A stretch of DNA of 64,000 nt, taken from positions 3,329,665 to 3,393,664 of the forward strand of contig NC_092384.1 in the NCBI RefSeq assembly GCF_030028105.1, given 5' to 3'. Each line of letters starts with the position of its first letter. The first letter of the stretch is position 1. Source of the DNA: Mobula birostris. Lineage: Eukaryota. The translations under genes and the position numbers were made by a program. The notes beneath the pieces are model-generated. The model was not told the origin of the DNA. It was given only the letters and a program-made list of their open reading frames with translations, and made no database searches. This document shows positions 38,701-50,420 of the stretch, one piece after another.

Positions 38701-41700
38701 ACAGTAATGTGACCTGCGACCCAGTGACGAGTATGGATTTTGCATCTGTCCTCTCTATCCGTATCGACACGCTGGATCGGGGTCCCACCAATCCTTCTGG
38801 GACTGGGTCTCTTACGTATTTTCCCGACGACTGTAGTCAGTTCCCTCACTGAGTCTCCTCTACGTTTCCCGACCCCTCTTCCTGCTGGGATACCCATGGG
38901 CTGACCTTTCGAGGGGCTCCCTGCCGTTCACATTACGCCTGAAGTGTCCCTCTTACCCGCAGTTATAGCACACGCCTCGCCTCGCGAGACCCCGGCTTCC
39001 ACCTGGCCTCAGTTCTGTCTGTCCCGCCAGGGAGGGGCCTTCTTTGCTAGTCCCCTCCCGCGGAGAGACTCCTTTTGCTATCTCCTGCGAGGAGCTGGCT
39101 ACGGTCATTTCACCACCAGGAGCTACTACCGAGGACTGCACGGTATTAACGAAACCCTCTTCTGCTGCCAATGCGTCCGCCTCCTCGGTTACCTCTCTGA
39201 GCAACTGAACAAAACACGGAGAGGGTCGGGGGTGGCGGGGAAAGCGGCCTACGGGATTGCCGGAGGCTCTTAGCGATCGTATCATGCCTCTGCGCTCCCC
39301 TGGCGACCTGGTCGATACTTATCCGATCCACCTCATTCGCTTGAATGACACCCCCACCCCCACCCCCGCACCCCCGACCCGGCGCTTCAAGCGATTTAGC
39401 CTTCGCTGAAGCCGGAAAAGATACTCAGGCTTCTCCCCTTTCTCCTTAGGCAGATTCTGAATTCCCCCTAAACGCTCCACCGTAGTCCCCGTTCGCCCCA
39501 AAGCCTCCTCTAATGCTTGTAGACACTCCCTCCAGGAAGCTAAGGGCTAGTTAGTTTTCACGCCTTTTGCCACCTCAGCTACCACCCCTCTCCTGGTTTA
39601 TACTTTTGCGTTAACTGGACGCCGTAACCAACGCAAATGGCCAACGCCCGTGTGAACATTTATACCTCTGCGTTGGTATTATTGCGTTGCTCGGTAATTC
39701 GCAAAACCACGCATGCGCATTCACCTGCCTGAGCAAGGCTTCATGGTCATGGTAGTCTCGAGGTAAACAAGACGCGTCTTTTTTTCGTGTGAAATGTGTC
39801 CTTCATAATTTTGGAGGTTTGTAAAGCTTTATGGAATGCATTGTAGCCAAAGTTCCTTCCCTGCGCTTCAGTCGCCCAATGGGAAGCTATTACAGCATAG
39901 GATGACATGCTATGCTACCAAGCGGACCAATCACAGCTGCTGCAGTTTGCGTTGCTGCAACGGGCGGTTACATTTTGGGAGTGGTGCGCGTCGCAGCAAC
40001 GCAAATTGTCGCGTAGGATTCCTCAACAGCATCTCTAGGAAGAGGTGCAGTTGACGCTTCAGGCCGAAACCCTTCGTCAGGACAAACTGAAGGAAGAGTT
40101 AGTAAGAGATTTGAAAGTGAGAGGGGGAGGGGGAGATCCAAAATGATAGGAGAAGACAGGAGGGCGAGGGATGGAGCCAAGAGCTGGATAGGTAATTGGC
40201 AAAGGAGATATGAGAGGATCATGGGACAGGAGGCCCAGGGAGAAGGAAAAGGGGGGAGGGGGTGGAATCCAGAGAATGGGCAAGAGGTATAGTCAGAGGG
40301 ACAGAGGCAGAAAAAGGAGAGAGAGAGAGAGAGAGAAAGAATGTTAGTACAACAATAAATAACGGATGGGGTACGAGGGGGATGTGGGGCATTAGCAGAA
40401 ATTAGAGAAGTCAATGTTCATGCCATCAGATTAGAGACTGCACAGACGGAATATAAGGTGTTGTTCCTCCAACCTGAGTGTGGCTTCATCTTTACAGGAG
40501 AAGAGGCCGTGGGTAGACATGTGAGAATGGGAATGGGATGTGGAATTAAATTGTGTGACCAGCAACTTTTATGTTTGTTGCTTGAATTTCCAGCATCTGC
40601 AGAATTTCTCTTGTTTGCGTAAGATTTCTTATTTGCATGGAGTAAGGTTTGCGGTGACGCAGAACTTACGGCGACGCGTTGACGCAGAAATATAAATCAG
40701 CCTTCGGAATTTCTCCCAATCTTTGCCGCTTTCCCTCCTCAGAGCACAGCCGCTCACCTAACAACTGAGAGGTATGTTCAATCCATGTTTCATAATAATC
40801 CTCTCCTTCGGGGATGGGAGTCCTTTCTGAGAAAATTCTTAACTTCGAATGCGGTCCCACCGCCCTGGTCACCAGGAAGTTAATGGCTGAGGCCAACTCA
40901 GAGCTCTCCCCACTTCCGTGGGGAAAGAGAACCAATTACATTCTCCAAATCTGACCACTTCCTTCCTTCATCCTTCAAAAACAATTGGACCCGCTCTCTA
41001 AAATCTCCACCCCCAGCGTCGGGCAACTCCTCTGGTGTCGCTTCAGACACTTCCTCCGTGACAGCGGGCTCGCCCCATAGCCCCGCCTCACCTACGTCAC
41101 CGATAGACTGGGGCAGTCCTAATTCCTTGACGTCAGCACCTGTCTGTATCAGCACAAAGGCTGAGTCGCCCGTTTTACCAATCTTTCTGCTTACTATTTC
41201 AACCTTACCGATAGCTCTGACCGTACTCAAACATCGAATCAACACATCGACTGAGGTACGTATATCCACGCCACTTAATATGCAGGCATGATTAACCGGT
41301 TCTTCCTCGATTTCACACCAATGTTCAATCTTATCGACGTCCATCTCTTCTAATTTAAGCCAGGCGACATACATCGTATCCGACAGAATTCAAACTGCGG
41401 ACGAGCAACCCACAGTGTAACGCCTTTGCCCCTAACTGACTCCCGTTGCCTAGGGTGAAACGCCGTCGACCCCGCCAAACAGTGCAAATGCGTTGGTGCG
41501 GATACGGTGTCAGGAACCCAACGATCAGCCACAACGCAAATATCAAAGAATATCCCAAGTGCTAGTAAAGAATTATACTTTATAGGAATTTTTGGTGATG
41601 GGTTAGGAGCAACAACGAAAAGAGAAGACGCCACATAAGTAACTTATCAGTCTTGTGCACATAATATTTTAATACGTTGGAGCTCACGCCTCCGATTCAT

Positions 41701-42056
41701 CCACAACGTCCTTACGAGTCTCCGGCCACAATCCGAACCCCGGAGGTCCGGTACCTGCCGCCCTGGAACCGCTGTCCGTTCCCCGTACGTCCGTCTTCTC
41801 CGCTCGCCTCTTTAAAAAGCCCGCGCTCCTCAGCTCCGTAAACACATACAAGATAGCATAACCACACTTACATTGGCTGGCAAATGAATACAATTTCCAT
41901 TATCGCTAATTATAACCCAGACATGCTGTAACAGAGAACACCTTGCTCAGCAGTTAACAGTACGAGAAGCCATGTTATTATAACACTTCAGGGAAGCCAT
42001 TTTGTGATAAGCAATTAACCTTTAACAGTCCATCTAATATTACTGAGAACCCTGCA
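35790..42056 (-). mobile_element. Ty3/Gypsy element with PNMA-like gag (copy 1), 3'-truncated within integrase
   Basis: 5' LTR 41416-42056 ending GTTACA, degenerate Pro PBS at about 41397-41414. Gag: KLRIFSERTPIPEGEDYYETW. RT: LVYLDDLIIF. RNase H: LHTDPSREGLGAVLYQ. Integrase: LVCMDF..VITDHYTRYAQA. Confidence 0.9.
39592..40704. mobile_element. MITE-like DNA element in gag, itself carrying a Penelope fragment (about 40010-40620)
   Basis: Termini GTTTATACTTTTGCGT and ACGCAGAAATATAAATCAGCCTT are imperfect inverted repeats. The internal GIY-YIG C-terminus and hammerhead-like motif lie on the minus strand. Confidence 0.6.
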
Positions 42057-42228
42057 GATAGAATGCAAAACGTCGTCGATGCTCAGCAGTTTGGATGTCG
42101 TAATCGATTCGCAGCCTACCAACGTCACAACAAAAACGCAGATACGCTGTTGCGTGACACTAAATCAATTTTATGGAACAGATCAATCACTCTTTCAATT
42201 CTATTTACAAATTATATTTCCTTGCATA

Positions 42229-42922
42229 TGTAGCCCCCTGGCCACCCTCAGGGTCGTTCGGCTCGCTGTCGTCTAGGGAAACAGCCTCGGCCCCGCCAAA
42301 CTGGGTAATTCGTTTGTGTGGATGCTGTGTGAGGTACCCCACCCGGCCCAAATAACAGACATTACACCAGATGCAATTAAATGATTTACAGTTTATAGAT
42401 ATTACTGGAACTATATAATTAAAAGAGAGTAAAATATAAAAGGAAAATAAAAGGCGCCACACTTATCAAAGTTCAATCTCTTCGTGCACAAAAACCGTTG
42501 GAGCTCAAGGACCTTCTTCTTCACCCTGTGACCCCCTCGGACCACCTCGACCGGCCGCCTGGGACCAACAACGGTGGTCGACCAGACGCTCCACACGAGT
42601 CCGCCTCCGTCTCCTCGCCGAACGTCCCGCTCGGGGTCCGACCCCGTTAGCGGACTCACAGCACCTGGTCCATCCTCTGTCTCGCTCTCCCGCCTTCTGC
42701 CCCAAAACTCCGCGCATACAGTATCTTCAAATACACCAAAACCATAAAAACTATCCCAATTGGTTAATAGCACCCTCTTATCACCCTCTAAACCACAATA
42801 AGCTGCTAGCGCAAACTTTCTCAGCGTTAAAGCACAACAAAGCCGCATTCCCCAGATTAACATAACAAAATCGCCATTTTAATTAGCTTCCGCAGTAACA
42901 TAAAAATCGAAACCCCCTTACA
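42229..42922 (-). mobile_element. Solo LTR with 4-bp TSD CATA
   Basis: TGTAG...TTACA termini, with CATA at 42225-42228 and 42923-42926. The site is empty in the paralogous copy near 62880. Confidence 0.92.
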
Positions 42923-42928
42923 CATATT

Positions 42929-43020
42929 TTAAGATTCAGTTGTCCTGCGGTTCTGCACACTTGAGTAGTTTATTTCATGGGATGACGTTAATCTGGAAAT
43001 GGACCTGAAGTTCGGCTCTC
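42929..43020 (-). CDS. Predicted terminal exon of the VJ-C1 receptor, encodes an ITIM
   Basis: Acceptor CATTCACTCTGCAG, phase 1. Reads (G)EPNFRSISRLTSSHEINYSSVQNRRTTES*. INYSSV fits I/V/L/SxYxxL/V. The frame and final stop are conserved in the paralog at 62885-62976. Confidence 0.7.
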
Positions 43021-43892
43021 CTGCAGAGTGAATGATTATCCGTCACGTTTTCAGGGACTTAACTAAATTCACAGAACCTTAGAATATCACTCTGAGTGGA
43101 ACTTGGCCATATTGCCCTTACGCATATCTCCAAGACTTGCAATAAACAGCAAGCATAATTCGGCCCAAACAGGCAAATTAATGTTTCGCAAAATTATTGA
43201 ATCATCCTGGAGCGACTGTATGCGGAGACTGAACAGTGTTGCCTTCTGCAGGCCTGGACTGCCTCCAGAAGGCCGCGTAAACTGATTCGAGATGCACGTG
43301 CGCATCCCACGAAAGAAGGTCGTTCCCGAGCAACTTGTGTGCGCGCGTGTGTGTGCCCGTGCATTCTATTTGTGTTCTTGGGGGTTGTGGGGTGGGGTGG
43401 GGTGGGGGGGCGTTGGAGGGTGATGGGTGAGGGAATGTGGTCTTTGGTATCATGCCTTATAGTTTCGCCGAGATATTCAGAACAAAACTGGAATCTCATT
43501 TTAACAGCTTAATTTATATTTTTAATCGTTACAGGCAAGGCGAAGCCGCTAAATAATTAAAATTAATGCAAATTAAGATAAAAAAAAAACGCACGTATGC
43601 ATCCAGAGATAAAAGACACTGACTAAACACTTTACTCGTATTGATACTTTGAGCTCGAAACCTAAGTCAGGCGGGCAATCTGTTTGATATCTCTCCACAA
43701 CGGTCGGAGTAATGAAGAGTACCGATCCACAAAAGGTTACCAGTGAGATTCGGTTATTCGATATGAGTCAGTTCCGGTGGGCTAATGAGCCCAATTTTGA
43801 AGGAGAGTACTCTGCTCAAAAATACGGCTCCGGCTTTCCTGGGGGTTACTGATGGAAATATGCCTGTCACTTCGGTATTTCCGTCTACTTAC

Positions 43893-43913
43893 CTATCCTA
43901 TGATTAGAAAGTC
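43893..43913 (-). CDS. Candidate 21-nt cytoplasmic micro-exon (phase 1-1)
   Basis: Acceptor TTCTGTTTCTGTACTGCAG and donor GTAAGT. Encodes (G)LSNHRI and preserves the frame. Confidence 0.5.
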   Translation of the reverse strand, partial: DFLIIG

Positions 43914-43984
43914 CTGCAGTACAGAAACAGAAGCTTAAGACTTTACCTTCTTAAAATGATACTATCATAGAGAAACTACGGCAT

Positions 43985-44475
43985 AGAATAAATTCCTTTG
44001 TTTCATCCAGTTCATGTCGATGCATTTCTCTGCATTGTCCCATCAACCCACACCCCGGCCATCGCCTTCCAGACCTCTCCCATCCATGGACAATCTCTCA
44101 GAAGTTGTAATTGAACCTGCATCCACCACCTCAGCTGGCAGCTCGTTCCATGCTCACGCCGCAGCCAGAGTAAAGAAGTTCCCCCTCAAGACACCATTTA
44201 TTATTTCACCTTTTATCCTAAACCTAAGACCTCTAGTTCTAGTCCACTCAAACTTAGCGAAAAATGCCTGGTTATATTTACCACTTGTACATTTTTATAC
44301 ATCCATGTTAGCTCCCTTCGAACTGCTACGCTTCCGGGAATGCAGTCCTAAACTTATGAACCCATCCCTCTCACACAAGTCTTCAAGTCAGAGCAACGTC
44401 CTTGTAAATTTTCTCCGCCCTCTTTCAAGCTTAATATGTCTTTTGTGCAGGTGACCAGACTATACACAGTACTCC
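43985..44475 (-). mobile_element. CR1 3' fragment
   Basis: Decayed RT C-terminal region matching other CR1 3' ends in the window. Confidence 0.65.
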
Positions 44476-44934
44476 AAATAATACCTCAGCAATATCTCGT
44501 ACACATTGGCTCGAATTCACTCTGTGTCGGAGTCTTGCAGCTGCCGTACTTCCTGTGTGTTGCCGTCCAAATGGGCAGCGCGAGCTCCCGGAAAGTTCTG
44601 TTTTTCTGGTCAAAACGCCGCCCGATGTGGGGCCGGTGCATGCGCAGATGTGACCATTTTCTTTCCATTTCACGGCTGACGATCCTTGGATGCCGTGGAC
44701 ACATAGTGCTGCTGGAGGCAGGGCCACCAGTAAATGTTTGTTAGCAGTGTAAACGTAAACGTGGACAAAATATAGCGAGGAAGAAGCATCAGATAGTCTA
44801 CTTGGCAAATCATACAGGGCATCGTCTCGTGAAAGCGACACATCGTTTCTCGTCATAGACATTTCGTGGTACAAAGTAACGAAGATTATTTTTTTTCCAG
44901 GCGAAGGGAAAGTCACGATGGCACAACTAATGGC

Positions 44935-45420
44935 AAAACTAAACACTTTAAAATTCAGATATATCGTAGATTTAAAATAATATAAATTATGTATAAAGTA
45001 AAAAATGGACAGCTACCACAAATTATCCAAAGGTTGTTTAAAGTGAGACAAAGTCAACATGATTTGAGAAGAACATGTATATTTCACAAGCAAAGAATGA
45101 GAACAAATGTAAAAAATTGTTGTATTTCAGTCAGAGGGATAAATCTTTGCAACAGTTACAGTGAGAATTTAAAAACATGCACCACATTTAACAAGTTTAA
45201 TAAGTATTTAAACATAATTTAATGAACAAATATTAAATACGTGATTTAACATGAATGGGAGTACTGTAAATAAATGATACTTGGAATTGGATTTCGTGTT
45301 AAAAGATCATGATTTTTTTTGATTTGATATGACGATTGACGCCAAATATGTTGTTGTATAAGCAAGAGGGCGAGGTGTAATAAGCTGTAGCTTCAGCGTA
45401 CACCCTTTCGGTCTGTTTTA
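44935..45420 (+). mobile_element. L2/Crack-like LINE 3' end
   Basis: ORF 44989-45222 YKVKNGQLPQIIQRLF..HDLR..RTNVKNCCISVRGINLCN resembles the C-terminus of L2/Crack-group ORF2. Confidence 0.55.
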
Positions 45421-46659
45421 AAGAATAACTTTTTTTTTGTTGTAATTTTGTCTTATGCAATCATTGTTATGCAATCATCGTTTTTGTTATGTTTGTATGA
45501 CGGAAATAAATTCCATTCATTCATGTATTTTTTTCGAATATTGGGAGATTCTGCTGGAGTCTGTGCCTGTCAATCATTACGTGCTTATCAAACATTTAAT
45601 CACAGTTTATTTAGAAATATACCCACATGTCTATTCCGATGAGAATACACCAGATGCTTAACATAATTGCAAACCGATTCAACCAATTTCTTTCAGTAAT
45701 TGATAAATATCCCAAACTTCCCCCTATTTTGATTAAACATTACAGGTTTTGCTAATTCATTTGTAAAAGAATAACAGAAACGCCCGGAGATATGGAAACC
45801 GCGGGAAGTCCGCCATTCCCTGTATACAACTCTACAAAAGATTCAAACTCCATAATACTGTCCCGCTGAGGTAAGGACTCCTCAATGAGGTCCATTATAG
45901 AAATGTGCCCACTACGTAACCGAATGTCGTGACGCTGTACGCCGTGATTAACCTGTTTCAACCGTGGGGTGGCTCGGTTATTCAGACAATGCATTCCCTG
46001 TATTGCCCTTAGTTTTTATGTTAATTCAGGGCAGCAGCTTTCAACGCGCACTGATCCAATGCGTATAGAAGCTCGTTTGCTGTCTCGCGAGTCTGCGTAG
46101 GCGAAGATATTAAATTCGTCTACATTTAATGTCTTTCTTCTGAAGAATAGCAGCGCTGTTTAAACACGACAACAAGCGGAAAAAAGTGAAAGATCGACGC
46201 TGTTGGTTATACAGCTTAGTAAATGAGATAGTTATTATTGTCCATTAGTTGATCTGTTAATGAAAACAGGGAATGCTGGTACGGAGAGATTAGGCAGGGT
46301 CTCTGGAATGATTGTTTTGGGATTAGATCAGACCCGTGTGTAATACTGTACGATCAAGAGTAAAATACAGTACAGGCACACTATAACTGCTAACAACCTC
46401 AACTGTGCAGATTTACAGAGGAACTTTAAGGTCAAAGTTCATAGCTTCTTGATAGTGGCTGCACAGGTTGATAAGGTGGCATAGAAGGGACAGAATGGAC
46501 AATTCTGCTTTGATTTCTCTGGAACAGTGGAGGCTGAAACCTAATAGACGTTTATAATATTCTGAGAGTGGTCAAGCAGCATCGGTTTTCTAAAGATGCA
46601 ACATCCGAAACTAGATGGTATGCAATTCAGGTAAGAAAGGTTAAGTTGACAAAAGATAC

Positions 46660-46865
46660 GAGAAGCAACACACACAAAATGCTGGTGGAACGCAGCAGGC
46701 CAGGCAGCATGTATCGGAGGAAGTACCGTCGACGTATTGGGCCGAGACCCCTCGTCCTGACGTCGAATGTACTTCTAACTATAAATGCTGCCTGGCCTGC
46801 TGCGTTCCACCAGCATTTTTTGTGGGCTACTGGCATTTCCAGCAACTGCAGATTTCCTCGTGTAT
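46660..46865. mobile_element. Penelope-derived hairpin element (copy 1 of a duplicated pair)
   Basis: Inverted arms with a collapsed centre CTCGTCCTGACGTCGA. The same collapse is seen at 63075-63285. Confidence 0.8.
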
Positions 46866-47873
46866 TGAGAATGAAGTTCGTTTTCACACAGATTATTGGG
46901 TGATTGGAATGCCCTGCCGGAGGTGCTGATATAGAGAGATACTTGAAGCTTTAAGATAAGCAAGTAAATATGCTGAGAACAGAGGAATAAGGACATTGCG
47001 CAGACAGAAAGGATCTCCTTAGTTAGACCTCTAACTACTAGTTTTGTTAGTTTTGCACAATATCAGTGGCAAAATAGTATGTTCTGTGTTTTACAGTTCC
47101 ATATTCCGTGTTTATGATCGATATTCTATCGAACCAAGTGACATAATCTAAAGAGATCATTTGGAATCAGAATGGAACGAATTACTGGACAGACGGTGAT
47201 TTTGTACAGACGTAAAATCACTGGAGCTGCAGAACAATCAGCCTGAAGAGACATTATGAAAACCAGTTAACCTAGCAATAAATGAAACGATTTTTCCGAA
47301 CAAGTACAACAGCCAACGAGCGATGGTTTCTATTATACGATATATGATATAAGCTGCGGTCGGAAAACTTATGTAGAGGATAAACAGGGAGGCTGATGTG
47401 AAGAATTAAATGATATAGTTCGGTTTTGGTTGAATTGAGTCCGATGTTCTGGGACAGTCTCCCAAGCTATTCCCAGTTGTGCCACATCTTCGAAAGTCTT
47501 TCTCGCAGGAATGAGGATTCCGGAGCTTGTGTTGACGTTGGGGTTTTTATGGGATGGTGTCGCAAGCCCCATGTCCACTCTTCCTCCTTTCACAGCCGGG
47601 TTTGGTACCGTCCATGGCCGAGTCATTCCAACGGAACCGCTGCACAATTGAACACCAACAAAACAATGTCTTAGTTGCACACTCAAAGGGGTACGGGTCG
47701 GAAACAGTAACGGAACAATAAAGATACACGTTCTCATCATAAAAAAGAAAGGTGGAGACGGACACCACTGAAATGGGTGATCGGGTGGAATATTGCGAAT
47801 AATCTGCTAGACTATCCGCAACACACGTTAAGGAAAGGGTAAGCGTTTCGGGGAGAACGTGAGAGAATGTTAC

Positions 47874-47979
47874 CGAAATGTTGGAAGTCACATTTGTTGA
47901 TTGTCTGAATTAATTGTTTTTCTTCGTCCGAGGAAGGACTCGGCGTGATTTGACCAAGTGATTAGAAATCACGACTAAG
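47874..47979 (-). CDS. Candidate first cytoplasmic exon (phase 0-1) with an in-frame stop
   Basis: Branch-like CTGAC, acceptor TTCATTTTCTATAG and donor GTAACA. Reads LSRDF*SLGQITPSPSSDEEKQLIQTINKCDFQHF with TAA at 47962-47964. Its phases bridge the TM exon and the phase-1 downstream exons. Confidence 0.4.
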
Positions 47980-48613
47980 CTATAGAAAATGAATACGGTC
48001 AGGTTAACTGCTCTCATGAGTGCAAAATCGGAGAGCTACAATGACGTTGATCGGCAGAGGAACCGAAAAGATTCTAGTAAATAAACCGAAAGGAGTAGTG
48101 GAAACGGCATAGTTTGAGGAAAGGGCAAAGGGCAAAGTAACGGGACGGTCTAGATCGCTTTTCCACACAGGCTGCATGAATTCAATGGTCCGAATGCCCG
48201 CCCTCTTCGATTTCTGTCGTGTTTTGGTGAAATATCGATTAGAGTTGTTGAAATATATTTCCATTAAACAGGCCGAATAGACTGGAACGATGGAGTGGAG
48301 TGCTGGACATGCTAATCGAGTCTCACTACAGTATTATTATATCACTGCTCTTTTGCATACAGAACTCTTTTATTCCTGCTGTTTAACTCCAGAGTCAATA
48401 TGCAAATAGGGAAAGTTCGAATGTCTTGAAATTCGAAAGATCGACCCAGAATAAACAGAAATAATCATCAAAGCGGACAATTTGGATTAATGTTGCGTGG
48501 TGCACAAACCATTGGAGACTTTTCTGTGCTTTGACTCCCACAAATTATAGCGTATCATTTTTATTTAATTATCTTCAAAATTGACCTAAGCTATAATAAA
48601 AAGGAACTATTAC

Positions 48614-48699
48614 CTTTACTTTCAAAAGCAATATTCCAAAAAACAGAAATACGAATCCGAACCAAACACATCGGGAAAACAGCAAGGTTTTGTCTCCAT
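48614..48699 (-). CDS. Transmembrane exon of the VJ-C1 receptor
   Basis: Acceptor TATATCCTTTATTCTAG, phase 1 matching the C1 exon. Reads DGDKTLLFSRCVWFGFVFLFFGILLLKVK. Donor GTAATA. Confidence 0.72.
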
Positions 48700-49859
48700 C
48701 TAGAATAAAGGATATAATAAGGAAGTGAATGCCCAAACTATTACCAATCAGTATAGCACTAAAGTGTTGTTTTCTTAAAGCGTAAGGAATGAACCTTAAT
48801 TCCAATAGAAGTTTGACAATTATAGAATTGCAACGTGTTCAGATACAATTGCAATGTCTAAAGATATTGTGACAGACACTTGGGCAGATAAGGTGGATAA
48901 GGTGCAGAGAGCTGTGAGACTAATGTAGATAAATTGAATTTGCTTAGTTAGACAGCACGGCCAAGGGTCTTGAAAGGACGCTGGATGAGTCCAGTATTTT
49001 ATTTTATTTCTGCGTTTAATTCTAATCAGCATCTTGTTCATAGCCTGAAGTTATTTGCATGTTTGGATCATGACTAGAGCAGATGAATGCTCAGTAAGCA
49101 TAATTAAATGAAACAGGAAACAGCAAACATATATACCTGGATTAAAATCTGCCGAGGTGCCAAACTGAATAATTAGGAAATAAGTGTAAAATACACCCCA
49201 TTGGTTCGGTAATGACAAGTACAGGAACGGCAGCACACTACCTCATATGGATTTGGAGAATTTTAATTTCGTGGACAGATAAAAAGGATAGTAATCGTTC
49301 ATAACAGGCGTTTAATATGATTGAACTGCTTTCCAGAAGAAAGGAAGTGATCCAGAAAGAAGTTCAATGCATAAACGGAGTTCCAAATGTTTCTGACAAG
49401 TACCACACGCGAAATTGATCATTGTTCCGTGCTGCAAAGAGTATCAAATTACCACTGTGCTTACAACCCACTAAACATTCCAATTGTTTCTGTGTTCGAG
49501 TTGCTGAGAGTAATGAAGGTTCTCTAAAGAAGAAAAGATCAACATAAGCTTCAAGTGCGTAGAAATTCCAATTCGGAGCGATGTTCATCTGCTTTATAAA
49601 TGACATAGATATTCACAGGAGGCAAAGGTCGAGGTTGGCAGACCAAAAAGATAGGTTATTCTGCCATGCAGCATAGTAGAAGAAATTGAACAGTCTGGGA
49701 AAATATGCGCATACGCGACGGATAGAATGAATCCATATGAATGTAGGGGAGATTGTACATAAAAACGATATTACCGGGAACCTGGAGAATCTGCTCTGAC
49801 AGCTGTGCCTTCGACAAGGGCATCAAGCATTGTTTGGACTAAACTGAAAGATGTCCGGT

Positions 49860-50420
49860 TTAATTGACATATCCAAACCTTGTAAATGCCAAAGAGCACG
49901 GAGTCTGAACTAAGAAATGGGGGAATATACGAATGAATGGCTGTTTACAGTTAGCTACATAGTCTAGGCCATATCGGCGTTCGATTTTATTAACATAAAA
50001 GCCAGGAGCTTAAAGATTACAACTGCAGGAATTTAAGTTGGAATGGAGAAATATAGTGCTAGATAACTGACGGAGAAAATCGTTGATCATATGGGATACG
50101 ATGCGGCTGTACTCAAAGGGCTCCAGAATGTAACGTTAAAATCAGTGATTATGTACAAATATATTAGCCAAATTTTAACTAATGTCGTTGAATACTCGTA
50201 TTTTATATAGTTAACACGGACAGCTACGATTAATACTGTATTTCTATTTAAGAAGCATTGTACAAAGGACAATTTCGCAGTCGCAAGTTCGCATCAACTG
50301 AATCGTTTTTAAAGCAACTACCCACACAACGAAAGTCTACCCGGTTCCGTTTCCAGCCAGTGTGCCCTGATGAGCGATGGTACAATAATAGACTTCCACA
50401 TCTTGCCAATTAAAGACCAT
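49860..50420 (-). pseudogene. Partial duplicate of the V-exon 3' end, intron 2 and the C1 acceptor, lying inside intron 3
   Basis: About 49910-50406 aligns to about 51150-51660. It encodes VYYCTIAHQGTLAGNGTG*TFVVW with TCG>TAG and a 1-nt shift at the donor. The acceptor CCCATTTCTTAG is retained. Confidence 0.85.

Noticed and set aside
43120-43210. Additional minus-strand tail exon (DDSIILRNINLPVWAELCLLFIASLGDM)
   Set aside because: It would be phase 0-1, which is incompatible with following the phase-1 micro-exon, and it has no independent support.
45778-45870. Plus-strand SLYTTL ITIM-like motif near a GTAAGG donor
   Set aside because: It is on the opposite strand to the receptor gene, the motif frame stops before the donor, and no partner exons were found.
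47547-47891. ORF with LTCV...YCSV resembling another Ig domain
   Set aside because: Cysteine spacing is too short and the core tryptophan is absent.
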